A DNA stretch of 64,000 bases from Nitrososphaerales archaeon (GCA_035935095.1 DASYXJ010000075.1:1-64000); one strand, 5' to 3'. Positions 29,145-39,299 are shown, counted from the first letter of the stretch. Program-made: numbers and translations. The notes: generated by a model from the letters alone, not told the origin.

Positions 29145-29822
29145 TTGGAACTCAGAGCGAAGTGCGGTGCAATAATGAGCTTTTCATCAAAATGGGAAAC
29201 GAAAGACCAGGGCCCCGGCTTCATGGACAAACTAAGGGGATCAGTCCGACCAACGGGTCCACTGAAACCTCAAATCGAACAGGCAAACAGACAGATTCGC
29301 GTCCTCATCTCCCAGCTCGACAACACCGTGAACAGAATCAAGCAACGCGACTCGATGATCTTCAAGAACGTAGTCTCATCCCTCGCCAAGCATGACGCCC
29401 AGCACGCCGCAGTCTACGCCAACGAGCTCTCCGAAGTCAGGAAGATGGGCAAGATGGTCACGCAGGCCCAGCTCGCGCTCGAACAGATTTCGCTCAGGCT
29501 AGGTACCATTACCGACCTCGGCGAGATAGCGGACACACTGGCTCCGGCTGTCTCCGTCATCAGGGGGATGAAGGACAGCCTTAGGCTGGCGCTCCCCGAG
29601 GCAGACAAGGAGATCAGCGAGATCTCGGGTCTGCTCAGCACGGTCCTCGTGGACGCAGGCACAACAGAAGGACTCTCCCTCAACTTCAGCGCAGCCAACG
29701 AAGATGCCCAGAAAGTCCTAGAGGAAGCAGCAGCCGTCGCCGAAGAGAGGATGAAGGAGGACTTTCCACAGGTTCCTGCCGGCGTGTTCGCCGAGCCGGA
29801 AAAAGAAGGACTCGCAATCTAG
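29145..29822 (+). CDS. ESCRT-III/Snf7 family protein (CdvB-like)
   Basis: Helical hairpin core resembling CHMP/Snf7 (AAVYANELSEVRKMGKMVTQAQLALEQISLRLGTI vs [32 protein letters not shown]). Acidic C-terminus. The true start may be the internal Met about 10 codons in. Confidence 0.55.
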   Translation: MELRAKCGAIMSFSSKWETKDQGPGFMDKLRGSVRPTGPLKPQIEQANRQIRVLISQLDNTVNRIKQRDSMIFKNVVSSLAKHDAQHAAVYANELSEVRKMGKMVTQAQLALEQISLRLGTITDLGEIADTLAPAVSVIRGMKDSLRLALPEADKEISEISGLLSTVLVDAGTTEGLSLNFSAANEDAQKVLEEAAAVAEERMKEDFPQVPAGVFAEPEKEGLAI

Positions 29823-29960
29823 AGTAGGCGTCCCAGGTATTTCGAATGGGCCAGGTGGCTGTGGCAAATGCCACAGCCATCGGTCCAACACGTCCAATCT
29901 TCTTGAACACCCGGAAGTTACAATTCGCTTAATATCAAGACAGAAGGGGTCTAAACTACC

Positions 29961-31145
29961 TTGAAGTTCGGCCCGCATAGCCGCTCGGTCACCACAGAAA
30001 CCCATGTCAGCACAGAAGGCCCACGGAGGTCCGTTCGAGCTGCAGCGCTGATAATCGTCGCCCTCATCTTGCTCGCCGCCTTCGTTGTGGGGGCCCCGTA
30101 CCTTTCCAAGGCCTTGAAGCAAGGCCTATCCTTCTTTTCGCAACTGACCACCACCGGCCCAGGGACACAGACGAGCACCGTCAGTCCCACGAGCACAACC
30201 ACGACTCCGAATACCAACTGCTCCAGCGTGGTTTCTGTCCGGCCTCTGGTTGAACCCGACATAAAGAACGGTTCAGCCAACATATCGTATCCGGGGAATT
30301 ACTGCGAACTCGTTTCCTACACGCTTACTTTGATCAACGCAGACCGCGCAGCCAACGGCTCGGGCCCCGTGACCCTCGACTACAACCAGGCCGCACAGCA
30401 GCACGCGGACTCCATGCTCTACTACGGATACTTCAGCCACTTCGACACCCAGGGCCTCAAGCCGTACATGCGTTACTCTCTTCTGGGAGGACTCGGTGCA
30501 GACTTCGAGAATGTCGCCTTCTTCTCATACTCAGCCAACCACTATAGCTCAACTTCTCTTGTCGAAGAAGCAATCAAGGTGCTCGAGCACTCGATGGTTT
30601 ACAACGACAGCGCGTGCTGCAACAACGGACACAGGTACAACATCCTCGACCCCATTCACAACAAGGTGTCCATTGGCGTGGCGTACAACGGGACTCACGT
30701 ATATTTCGATGAGGAATTTCTGAACGACTTCATCAAGCTCAACTTCGCCATAACCGGCCCCACCGGTTCCAGTCCCCACTACGTGACCATGACGGGGACC
30801 CCCACCCATGCCTTCGCGACTCCTAACTCGATTTACATCGCCTTCGACGATACCCCGTCGCCGCAGACGATATCACAGCTCAACAGCGGCCCGCACGAAT
30901 ATGGTCCCGGTACCCTGGAGGGGGGAGTCCTACCAAGGAACGACCTACTGGGTGGCTGCGCTCAGTTCCAGACTGGTACAACTCAGTGCGCAGACAAGTG
31001 GACATTCTCCTCGACCCAGGTCGACGTAGCCTTCTCTCTTCAGAAATTCAGAACCACCTATGGTGCGGGGGTCTACACCATCTACTTGATTACGGGTTCC
31101 AGCACAAATTCGGCAATCACGACGATTTCGGTCTTCCTTGCCTGA
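29961..31145 (+). CDS. membrane-anchored CAP (SCP/PR-1-like) domain protein with Thr-rich linker
   Basis: TM anchor, T/S/P-rich linker, then a CAP-like core (LINADRAANG...HADSMLYYGYFSH...GENV...HSMVYND...GHRYNILDP...IGVAY). Confidence 0.6.
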   Translation: MKFGPHSRSVTTETHVSTEGPRRSVRAAALIIVALILLAAFVVGAPYLSKALKQGLSFFSQLTTTGPGTQTSTVSPTSTTTTPNTNCSSVVSVRPLVEPDIKNGSANISYPGNYCELVSYTLTLINADRAANGSGPVTLDYNQAAQQHADSMLYYGYFSHFDTQGLKPYMRYSLLGGLGADFENVAFFSYSANHYSSTSLVEEAIKVLEHSMVYNDSACCNNGHRYNILDPIHNKVSIGVAYNGTHVYFDEEFLNDFIKLNFAITGPTGSSPHYVTMTGTPTHAFATPNSIYIAFDDTPSPQTISQLNSGPHEYGPGTLEGGVLPRNDLLGGCAQFQTGTTQCADKWTFSSTQVDVAFSLQKFRTTYGAGVYTIYLITGSSTNSAITTISVFLA

Positions 31146-31151
31146 CGCTCT

Positions 31152-31601
31152 CTATTCCTTCATCTCGGACCGAATGGACTCCGCAGCAGCGCTCATCTCC
31201 TCGGGGGTGAACCTCTTCCTATCAACAAACCTCCCCTTGTCTTCCATCTTCACTGGAATCACATGCACGTGAACGTGGGCCACAACTTGGTTAGCTGCCT
31301 CCCCGTTGTTCTGCACAAACCTGAACCCGTCCGCTCCCATCGCAGAGACGACCGCCTTCGAGACCTTGAAGGCTACCTTGAACAGCTCTGCGATGTCGGC
31401 CTCCTTCATGTCCCAAATCGTCTCCCCGTGTTCCTTTGGACAAACCAACGTGTGCCCTTTGGAGAACGGGAACGTGTCCAAGAATGCGATGTACCTGTCG
31501 TCTTCGTAGACTATGTTCGCGGGCGCCTTCCTTGAGATTATCCGGCAAAAAATGCAATCGTCCGGTCCGACTGTCGGAGTGCTGAAAGTTATCCGCTTCA
31601 T
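31152..31601 (-). CDS. HIT family (histidine triad) hydrolase
   Basis: VAHVHVHVIP HxHxHxx triad. Confidence 0.85.
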   Translation of the reverse strand: MKRITFSTPTVGPDDCIFCRIISRKAPANIVYEDDRYIAFLDTFPFSKGHTLVCPKEHGETIWDMKEADIAELFKVAFKVSKAVVSAMGADGFRFVQNNGEAANQVVAHVHVHVIPVKMEDKGRFVDRKRFTPEEMSAAAESIRSEMKE

Positions 31602-31847
31602 AGCACATTCCAGATGGTATTGGCCCCCAATTAACCTGAACCTTTTCCCACTTGCTGCATCTTAATACTCCGGGCGACGACGTCCAATTGGGTTGATCTG
31701 CGACAAATGCCACGCCGGCCAGATGGTGGAGTATGAGCGCACGGTCGGTCCGAGTTCCAATCCGACGACCATCAGAGGGACTAAATGCGAAAGGTGTGGT
31801 TTCACGAGTCTTGACAACGACGATGACATCTGGTCTGCTGTCGGGCT

Positions 31848-32216
31848 TTAGCCGGAGGGCCTATTCTCCAAGCTTGCAACTTGCCTGCGGTAGGCTTCAA
31901 TGAAATCGAGGGCGAACCGGTCCGCGTCTTTCTCGGTCCCCCTATGGCGTCCACTTGCCGACCTCAGGTGGTGATAGAATTCGTGAATCATGACGAAAGG
32001 GTCATAGAGGTAATCTCTACTCGCTGCAAGAATCTCCTTCCTTCTGAGAGAGTAAACAGCCGCGACCCCCTTCGTCTTCCCTTCCACCACTCCAACCCCC
32101 AACTTGGGTACTGGAACCTTGTACCATTTCGAAAGGAGGTCCAGGGCGTCCTCTGTCTTTGAGTCGAGAATCAGGGCGACGACCGAAGCCTTGAACTCAT
32201 CCAGGGATACCTTCAA
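31848..32216 (-). CDS. small putative zinc metallopeptidase-like protein (HExxH)
   Basis: IHEFYHHL contains HExxH. Confidence 0.35.
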   Translation of the reverse strand: MKVSLDEFKASVVALILDSKTEDALDLLSKWYKVPVPKLGVGVVEGKTKGVAAVYSLRRKEILAASRDYLYDPFVMIHEFYHHLRSASGRHRGTEKDADRFALDFIEAYRRQVASLENRPSG

Positions 32217-32561
32217 TCAGAGGGTTGCACGCCTTCGTCCACTTAAGCAGTCATGGCGGGTGTAACTCCTTGAGTCGTTGGTCAGCATTCGTTGATTTCC
32301 CTGTTCAACTGGGAATCCAGCTGTTTCGGGAGGTATGAACAGGCGCAGGCACATCAGACTCAACGGCCCCAGAAGCATGAGGTTCAGGGGCGCATCGTCC
32401 CTGTTTTCGATACGCTGAGTCATCTTTCACTTCACCCGACTTGGGGCCTCACGCCTACTGGTGGCTATGCCCTAGGGCACGCAGGAACAATTCCCGATGT
32501 AGACTAAGCGCCGGCTACAATCAGGAAACGAGTTATAGACATCCACCGCAACCGCCCTCCA

Positions 32562-33182
32562 ATGCCATCGCTTTCCAGCCTCCTTCAGATAAGCGAAAGG
32601 CCCATCCAGGGCCCTCCGGCGTCCTTCGAAAGAGCTCATCTCCTTCTAGCGTTCATCACCATCGGGGAAAGCGGCGTGATCGGCAGGCAATCTCTGGCCG
32701 TCCGCTCCGGCCTAGGCCTGGGGGCTGTCCGCACAGTAATCAAGAAGCTGAGGGAAGACGGATACGCGGGGACGACGGCCTCGGGCTGTTACCTGACCGC
32801 TGCAGGCAAGAGAGTCTATAGGTCGACTCAGGAAAAGTTCTCGCCAATCGTACTCCTCGACGGTTCGAACCTTACGGTGGGAGACTCCCAGGTCGGAATG
32901 GCAGTCAGGGGCGTGGCTAGAAACTTGAAGGCAGGGCTTGAGCAGCGCGATGCGGCAGTCAAGGTGGGTGGGACCGGGGCTTCGACCTACGTCATGAAGT
33001 CAGGTAAGTTCGCCATCCCAGGAGGCTCGTCCGACTGTGAGAAGGATTTCCCGAGCAAGGTGTGGTCATCGTTAAGGGATCAATTCAGCCCAAAGAACGG
33101 AGACGCTGTAATCCTGTGCGGAGCACGAGACGAAACAACGGCAAAGCTCGGCGCCCTGTCGGCTGCTTTGACCCTCGTGTAG
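32562..33182 (+). CDS. hypothetical protein with N-terminal wHTH-like segment
   Basis: LAVRSGLGLGAVRTVIKKLREDGYA helix-turn-helix-like. Gly-rich C-terminal domain of unknown function. Confidence 0.35.
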   Translation: MPSLSSLLQISERPIQGPPASFERAHLLLAFITIGESGVIGRQSLAVRSGLGLGAVRTVIKKLREDGYAGTTASGCYLTAAGKRVYRSTQEKFSPIVLLDGSNLTVGDSQVGMAVRGVARNLKAGLEQRDAAVKVGGTGASTYVMKSGKFAIPGGSSDCEKDFPSKVWSSLRDQFSPKNGDAVILCGARDETTAKLGALSAALTLV

Positions 33183-33527
33183 CTACTGTTTTGGTGCCTG
33201 TTCTGCGGGACTTGGCTCCGGTCCCGACGCTGGTTTGTTTACCTGCCGGTTGATGGCCTCGGCGAAGTAGTGTCCGGTGACCATCACCTTCACAGACTTC
33301 ACGCCTTTGACCTGCAACAGGCCGTCCCTCAAATCCTGAGAAATCTTGAGGGCGAACACCGGGGGGCAGTATTGTGTCGTGGCGTGATACTCGACGTCCA
33401 CCATCCCGTCCTTTACATCCAGCTTGTCAATAAGGTTCATTTCTACGATTGGCATGCCAATTTCAGGGTCGACAACCTTTGATACTTGCCTCTGAATTTC
33501 TTTGACATCCACCTGCTCAACTGACAT
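33183..33527 (-). CDS. DUF59/MIP18 (SufT-like) Fe-S cluster assembly protein
   Basis: KVVDPEIGMPIVEMNLIDKLDVKDGMVDVEYHATTQYCP pattern of DUF59. Confidence 0.75.
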   Translation of the reverse strand: MSVEQVDVKEIQRQVSKVVDPEIGMPIVEMNLIDKLDVKDGMVDVEYHATTQYCPPVFALKISQDLRDGLLQVKGVKSVKVMVTGHYFAEAINRQVNKPASGPEPSPAEQAPKQ

Positions 33528-33626
33528 GAAATTCGGAACAAACCCGGGTTTCCGCTACTAAAAGATTGTCCCGCGGCTGAAGGCAGACCGACACCTTTTA
33601 CACCCAGGCGCCGGCCAATTCAGGCC

Positions 33627-34205
33627 GTGAAGCCTGAAGAAGTCCTTGAATCCATAGAGAAGGTGGCCCCCAGGCAAGGGTGGCCAATCATCGGGCCGGA
33701 AAGAGGGGAGATTCTCGACGAAGTGGTAGTGAAACAAAAGCCCTCCACTATCCTCGAGGTTGGGACCCTCGTAGGCTACAGTGCAATCAGGATGGGCAGG
33801 CATCTGAAGAAGGGACAAAAGATCACATGCGTGGAGCTGAGTGAGAATATCGCTCGGACCGCGCGCTCAAACTTCGAAAAGGCCGGACTCTCAGACCGCA
33901 TTGAGGTAATGGTGGGCGACGCCAAGAAGGTCCTTCCCACCCTCAAGGGAAGTTTCGATATGGTCTTCCTTGACGCCGAAAAAGTGGAATACCTGACCTA
34001 TCTCAAATCGGTCGAACACCTGCTTCACAAAGGAAGCGTCGTCATCGCGGACAACGTGCGATCCCATGCGGCAGAGGTCACCGACTATCTGGAGTACGTC
34101 AGGGATTCCGGGAATTACAAAAGTGATTACAGGGACTACCCCATTGGGTACAACGTAGCCACACACAACGAAGGGGACGCCGTAGAAGTAAGCGTCAAGC
34201 TCTGA
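33627..34205 (+). CDS. class I SAM-dependent O-methyltransferase (family 3, YrrM/COMT-like)
   Basis: ILEVGTLVGYSAIRMG...VELSENIARTARSNF...VFLDAEK motifs. Confidence 0.8.
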   Translation: MKPEEVLESIEKVAPRQGWPIIGPERGEILDEVVVKQKPSTILEVGTLVGYSAIRMGRHLKKGQKITCVELSENIARTARSNFEKAGLSDRIEVMVGDAKKVLPTLKGSFDMVFLDAEKVEYLTYLKSVEHLLHKGSVVIADNVRSHAAEVTDYLEYVRDSGNYKSDYRDYPIGYNVATHNEGDAVEVSVKL

Positions 34206-35259
34206 ACCCTCCGACCAAGACCTTCCACTTCTCGTCCCCGTCGAATGGAAGGTAGAGCCTAACCCTGTCTGCGAAGCCTTTGTACCTGTTTTCGATGGTT
34301 CTTCCAATCTCCCTCCATTCCCCTTGGATGACGAACTCGTCCAGGATGTCGTCTCCAATTTCGGAAGCCATCTTTTCCCACTCCCCCTTCGCCGACAGCG
34401 CGTGGAGTCTGTCGCATACGTCGCCCCATCCATGCATTTCCATTACTTTCCTGTATGTCCTTGTCGACGCGTAAAATGCGACTTGCCCCCGGTATGATTC
34501 CCTGACGTTATCGATTTCCCGCTTGGACTCTCCGACGGCGGCAAACACCGACGCCGCTATTGTCACGTCTTCCCTTTTCCTTCCAGATTTGACGAGCCCT
34601 GCTCCCACTGCTGGGACTATGGCATTTCTCATGTACCTCATGGTGTGAAGCGGGTGGACATGCAATCCATCGGCGACCGCCCCCGCCAAACTACACATTC
34701 CCTGGTTGACGCCTGCCACATAGATTGGAATCGCAGGATGTTCGATTGGGCCCGGACTGAAGAACGGAGTCATGAGGTCCAGTTTGAAAAACTTCCCGTT
34801 GAAATCCAGATTCGACCCGTCCTGCCAAGCTTTCCAGACCGCCCTCATCGCACGAATTGTTTCCTTCATCTTCGGGGCCGGGGCTTCCCACTTCATCCCG
34901 AACCTTCTCTCGACGTGTCCCTTCACCTGGCTGCCGAGCCCGAGCAGGAGCCTCCCTTGGGAAACCCTCTGAAGATCCCAGGCAGTATACGCCAGCGTCG
35001 TCGGGCTCCGCGTGAACGCCAAAGCGATGGATGTCCCCAGTGCAATCTTCTTCGTCGACTGGGCGGCCAGGGCAAGCTGGACGAAGGGGTCATGTTTGAT
35101 TTCGTTTACCCAGAAGCAGTCGAACCCGTACTCCTCGGCCCTCCTAGCGAGGTCTACGGCCTCGAGTGGCGACCCCACGGTGACCTCGGCGTCGACCTTC
35201 AAGGAATCGTCCCGCCGAAGTACTCCTCTTAAAGCCGAATCTGATGAGGCTGCCAGCAA
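34195..35259 (-). CDS. LLM-class (luciferase-like) F420-dependent oxidoreductase
   Basis: TIM-barrel LLM pattern (YGFDCFWVNEIKHDPF...LGTSIALAF...GRLLLGLGSQ). Confidence 0.8.
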   Translation of the reverse strand: MLAASSDSALRGVLRRDDSLKVDAEVTVGSPLEAVDLARRAEEYGFDCFWVNEIKHDPFVQLALAAQSTKKIALGTSIALAFTRSPTTLAYTAWDLQRVSQGRLLLGLGSQVKGHVERRFGMKWEAPAPKMKETIRAMRAVWKAWQDGSNLDFNGKFFKLDLMTPFFSPGPIEHPAIPIYVAGVNQGMCSLAGAVADGLHVHPLHTMRYMRNAIVPAVGAGLVKSGRKREDVTIAASVFAAVGESKREIDNVRESYRGQVAFYASTRTYRKVMEMHGWGDVCDRLHALSAKGEWEKMASEIGDDILDEFVIQGEWREIGRTIENRYKGFADRVRLYLPFDGDEKWKVLVGGFRA

Positions 35260-35265
35260 AACATT

Positions 35266-36153
35266 TTGGTGTATTCATCGATTGCAGCCGGTCTTGTTAC
35301 AGCCTGCTGCTGGGGGACTGCGGACTACCTCTCCAGGTATCAGTCGGAGAAGGTGGGATACTACAAGACGGTTGTGTACTCAAACGTAGTCACACTCGTG
35401 GTCCTCATAGGACTAGTGCCAACACTTAGCCCCAACCTTGAGCTCGCTACCTTTCCAATCTTAGTCTTAGTCGGTGCGGGGGCCCTGAATTTTGTCGCAT
35501 TCAATTTTCTATACAGGGCCTTCCACAAGGGCGTGGTCTCGGTTGTGGCGCCCGTCGCCTACACATTTCCCGCCGTGACCACTGTACTTTCTGTAATCAT
35601 ATTAGGAACTTTCCTGTCGTCAACCCGGATTCTTGCCATCGCCGGAATCATCGTCGGGATTATCCTGCTTTCCACTCGATTCTCCGAGCTCAGTGCTTAC
35701 CTGAAGGGCAAGGGGGCTCCCAACATCACCGCGGGTCTCGGATCGGCCATCGGGGCTTCGCTCTTCTTCGGGACGGTGTACATTGGCATTGGGTACGCTG
35801 CACCATTCGTCAGCATTGTTGTCCCCGCAATGGTCCTCAGATCCGTCGCCACCATCGCAGGTTTCCTGCTGGCGCCGGTGCTGCACCAGCAAGTTAGGCC
35901 CTCCCGGCCCGCCTTCTCGAGAATAATCCTGGTAATGGGAGTCCTCGAAGCGGCCGGCTTCCTTTCCTTCACGTATGGGATATCCGCGGTTGGGGGTTCG
36001 CTCCCCGTCGTCGCTGCGCTCTCAGGCATGGGCGGAGCCGTGGCTTCTGCCTACGGGCTTGTCTTCCTCAAAGAGCGCCTGGAACTTAACCAGATGGTCG
36101 GCGTTGTCCTTTCAATCGTCGGCGTCTTCACATTGCTTTTTCTTGGAGGCTAG
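35266..36153 (+). CDS. EamA/DMT family transporter
   Basis: Ten TM helices in two EamA repeats. Confidence 0.8.
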   Translation: MVYSSIAAGLVTACCWGTADYLSRYQSEKVGYYKTVVYSNVVTLVVLIGLVPTLSPNLELATFPILVLVGAGALNFVAFNFLYRAFHKGVVSVVAPVAYTFPAVTTVLSVIILGTFLSSTRILAIAGIIVGIILLSTRFSELSAYLKGKGAPNITAGLGSAIGASLFFGTVYIGIGYAAPFVSIVVPAMVLRSVATIAGFLLAPVLHQQVRPSRPAFSRIILVMGVLEAAGFLSFTYGISAVGGSLPVVAALSGMGGAVASAYGLVFLKERLELNQMVGVVLSIVGVFTLLFLGG

Positions 36154-36613
36154 AGACTCGGACTACTTCGCGGCCGTTCAGGAAGGGAGGCGACGAGTCA
36201 ACGAATCCATCAACGTCCTGCAGGGCGTGGCGGGCCCCTGCTACCCGATGCTCTTCCTGAAGCTGGGAGTGATGGATTGGACCCCAGTAGGAGAAGAGAT
36301 GCTTCACAAGGTGGTCCCGGGCAAGAACGGCTTGGCCGCCTTGGTAATCTGCGATGGCGAAGGCAACTCGAAGACCATAAGCGGCTGGGTCCCAGAAGCG
36401 CAGGCCAAGGAATTCTCGAAGTCGCTGGAGCTGAAAGGCATCCCGGAGTTCCCCGGCGAAGTCAAGCTCCCAATTTAGGGCGCTGGTTTATTAACCGGGC
36501 GCGTCCTAGACAATCTTGCGCCAGACCCGCACCGTTCGCCGCTCCGACGAACTCTAACCAGCTCGACGAGGCCGGAATGTGCATGTTTGTCGCGGGAAAA
36601 TTGAGATAAAAGA

Positions 36614-36790
36614 ATGGCAAGATGTTCGGTTTGCAGGGGTCATGCAGTGGCGTTGTGCGCTGAGTGCAGTGCCCAGGTTTGCATGTCCCACTCGACTACC
36701 ATCTTCGACGAAACAAGCAGGCAGATGAAGACCTTCTGCGGGAACTGTACGGCGAAGAGGATGCCTGTCTGGGTCGCGCGAAGAAGGTAA
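36614..36790 (+). CDS. unannotated Cys-rich mini-protein (58 aa)
   Basis: Hand-translated MARCSVCRGHAVALCAECSAQVCMSHSTTIFDETSRQMKTFCGNCTAKRMPVWVARRR: nine cysteines in Cx2C-type spacing. Below the ORF-track size cutoff. Coordinates approximate (+/-2). Confidence 0.3.
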   Translation: MARCSVCRGHAVALCAECSAQVCMSHSTTIFDETSRQMKTFCGNCTAKRMPVWVARRR

Positions 36791-36795
36791 TTCAG

Positions 36796-37161
36796 CTAGA
36801 GCGAGATTTCTAGGGCAACATCCGAGGTCGGGTAGTACTGTTTCACCCTACGTTCGCTATATTTCACGCTGAACCTGCGTTTGATGTCGTCGATCGCCTT
36901 TGAGTCCCGCAGAATCTTGGGTTTGGAGGCCTTCTTCCTCCAGTCTCTAATCTTCAGGTCCATTGTTCCATCTTTCTCTACGTCAACGAGCCACTTGGTC
37001 TTCAATCCGTACATCGGCAGCAGTTCCATCTTGCCTCCGTTCACTGTGAACCAAATGGGGATTGTCCTGGATTTCCCGTCCTTTGACCTTACGAAGGAGA
37101 TCAATACCTCCTCCTCCTGAGGTACCCCGGTTTGGCTTGCTGTTGATATAAACCAAATCAT
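36796..37161 (-). CDS. hypothetical protein (possible split-barrel/DUF385-like)
   Basis: Weak resemblance (KDGKSRTIPIWFTVNGGKMELLPMYGLKTKWL). Confidence 0.3.
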   Translation of the reverse strand: MIWFISTASQTGVPQEEEVLISFVRSKDGKSRTIPIWFTVNGGKMELLPMYGLKTKWLVDVEKDGTMDLKIRDWRKKASKPKILRDSKAIDDIKRRFSVKYSERRVKQYYPTSDVALEISL

Positions 37162-37185
37162 GCCTCGGGTTCTTCTTAACTATGC

Positions 37186-37893
37186 TCATTGGACCGTGAA
37201 ATAGAGCCGTCTGTTGCTCTTCCCTTTGTTCTCAGCCTTCAGTCCAATCACTTTCCCTATCTCCCTGGTGTTCCCAACATGGACCCCGCCGTCAGCCTGA
37301 GTATCGACGTCGCCAATCTGCACGATCCGAAGGACATCGACCGACGGGGGCATTGCGTTCGCGAGCTTGACGAATCCCGGGTTGGCGAGGGCCTCTTCCC
37401 TCTTCATGAAGTATGTCTTCACCTCGAGCTGCCTCCGCACGGCACTGTTCACTTTGTCGATGTAGTAGGTCATCTTGTCCCTGTCGAAATCGTCAAGGTT
37501 GAAGTCAACCCGCGATTCCTCAGGACTAATCTGATTCCCCGTGATTAGGGCCCCGCTCTCTCCGTTGACGACCGAGCTCAGGATGTGGGCCGTCGTATGC
37601 ATCCTCATTATCTTGAATCTCCTGTCCCACTCCAGCGCCCCATGGACCTCATCCCCCGGCTTCAGCCCTCCCGGGGACTCCAAAACATGGAAGATCTCCT
37701 CGCCCTCCTTGACGACCTCCGAGACCCTAGAGCCTCCAAGTGTTCCAGTGTCCGAAACGAGCCCACCCCCTCGAGGGTTGAACGCCGTCTGGTCGAGCAC
37801 AAGCCTGTTCCTGTCCACTGATGTCACTTCTGCATCGAATTCGCGGAGGTACATGTCCTCCCAGAAGAGGCGTTTTGTCATTCTTCCCTCCAC
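37186..37893 (-). CDS. alaX: alanyl-tRNA editing protein AlaX-M
   Basis: Zn-binding HxxxH (MHTTAHIL) and CxxxH-like (ADGGVHV) editing-domain motifs. ~235 aa. Confidence 0.8.
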   Translation of the reverse strand: MEGRMTKRLFWEDMYLREFDAEVTSVDRNRLVLDQTAFNPRGGGLVSDTGTLGGSRVSEVVKEGEEIFHVLESPGGLKPGDEVHGALEWDRRFKIMRMHTTAHILSSVVNGESGALITGNQISPEESRVDFNLDDFDRDKMTYYIDKVNSAVRRQLEVKTYFMKREEALANPGFVKLANAMPPSVDVLRIVQIGDVDTQADGGVHVGNTREIGKVIGLKAENKGKSNRRLYFTVQ

Positions 37894-37921
37894 GGAATCC
37901 GGCCTTCTATAACGTTGAAGC

Positions 37922-39241
37922 CTATCGGTATGCGCTGATCTTTGTCTGAGTGAGTTCCCTCGAAATCAGGACGCTCTCGCTCATCCACTTCGACTTGGAA
38001 ATAGCAAGCTTCGAGAGCGCTGAATCCATAGCTCCCCGGAAGGATTCGTGCCTTTCGAAGGGCAGTTTCATCAGTTCCCGAATGCTCTCCCGCACATTCC
38101 AGACTCCCAGGGGCATGATGAACCCAGGGTAGGTCTCGCGAAGTACAATGGCCGCGGCCTGTTTACGCTCTCTATCTAGCGCCTCGGTCACCGCCAGCCT
38201 CGTCGAATAGTAGCATCCTCCTACCTTGGCGTACTTTGTCCTCCCAAAGTACTCCTCGTAGTCCCCGATCATGTACGGAGTTGTGGTGAACTGGTTCCAA
38301 GTCGTGTTGGGGAACCACGCTTCTATCCACTCGAACCTCCATGGCTCCGGCAGAAGAATCGCTACGTACTGATTGTCGTAGACCCTGAAGCCGTACACCC
38401 TGTACTCGTCGATGGTTGGCAGGCGCTTGACCTTCTCGATTAGTTCCAGACTAATCGAGCTGTCGACGGCGGTGATGCTCCAACGCGTCGGCACAATCTT
38501 CCTCCTCGTTCCCACCCCGAACATTCCCAAGGAGAACGCCTTCTGGATCCTTGTGACCAGCACCCCTTTCCGATAGAGCTCCCCCACCGCCCCCGCAGCG
38601 TCGAGGTCTCGGTCGTAGTAGGCGGTCTGCACCCGTCTGTCCACGGAGGGATTGTCAATCTTGAACTTGTCAAGGGGCCCTGACGGGCCGTATGGCTGAG
38701 TGTCCTCGCTGAGAGTCAATATCCTCCGCGGAGGCTTTGTCAACCTGAGTTCAGTATCAACTGGCTTTGCGGCCATCGCGAGTTCCTGAAGCGAAGAAAG
38801 AAACCTCCCAGGTTGGCGGGCGTCATCGACGCTGGCCTTGGAATTCCCCCTTACGAGAGAATATCGATAGTCCACTATCTGGTCGATAGGCCTGCCAAGC
38901 CATTCTTCGGGAGTGTCAAGAATCGCAGTGTCCCCGAACTGCGGCGGAACCATCGGACCAATCGAAACCTTCGGATAGCCCAGCCTCCCGACAAAAACCC
39001 CCGGAGGAGACGACCCAAGGATCTCGTTGGTGGACATTGCAGGCCCCTGCCTGGCCATGGACTGCGCCTTGACAATGATAGGGCACCTTGGTTTCCCGCA
39101 GAGCAGCTTCGCTCCCCTGCAGGCCAGGCACATCCAGGCCGGCGGGTTCTCCACGACTTCTATCGACCTCGCCACGTCGTCTTCGAGGCCTGTGACAGAA
39201 GCGGCCATCACATTGGAAAGCCAGGTGATCCTTCTCGGCAC
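37922..39241 (-). CDS. nreA: Nre family protein (NreA-like, DNA-repair associated)
   Basis: N-terminal CLACRGAKLLCGKPRCP motif characteristic of archaeal Nre proteins. ~440 aa. Immediately downstream of rad50. Confidence 0.6.
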   Translation of the reverse strand: MPRRITWLSNVMAASVTGLEDDVARSIEVVENPPAWMCLACRGAKLLCGKPRCPIIVKAQSMARQGPAMSTNEILGSSPPGVFVGRLGYPKVSIGPMVPPQFGDTAILDTPEEWLGRPIDQIVDYRYSLVRGNSKASVDDARQPGRFLSSLQELAMAAKPVDTELRLTKPPRRILTLSEDTQPYGPSGPLDKFKIDNPSVDRRVQTAYYDRDLDAAGAVGELYRKGVLVTRIQKAFSLGMFGVGTRRKIVPTRWSITAVDSSISLELIEKVKRLPTIDEYRVYGFRVYDNQYVAILLPEPWRFEWIEAWFPNTTWNQFTTTPYMIGDYEEYFGRTKYAKVGGCYYSTRLAVTEALDRERKQAAAIVLRETYPGFIMPLGVWNVRESIRELMKLPFERHESFRGAMDSALSKLAISKSKWMSESVLISRELTQTKISAYR

Positions 39242-39299
39242 GACCTGACTCGATTTGTTTTCCGCTCTTAAACTCGGTGCCTTCCGCCTGACGGCTAAC

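Noticed and set aside
31686-31856. Possible 55-aa zinc-ribbon ORF (ICDKCHAGQ…CERCGF…) in the HIT gene upstream gap
   Set aside because: Plausible but very short. The start codon is uncertain (TTG) and it overlaps the 3' end of the HExxH gene, so it is not listed as a feature.
35975-36478. ORF 35975..36478 as annotated overlapping the EamA transporter
   Set aside because: The first about 60 codons overlap the transporter gene. If real, the gene more likely starts near 36143 (TTG). No recognisable domain, so it is left uncalled.
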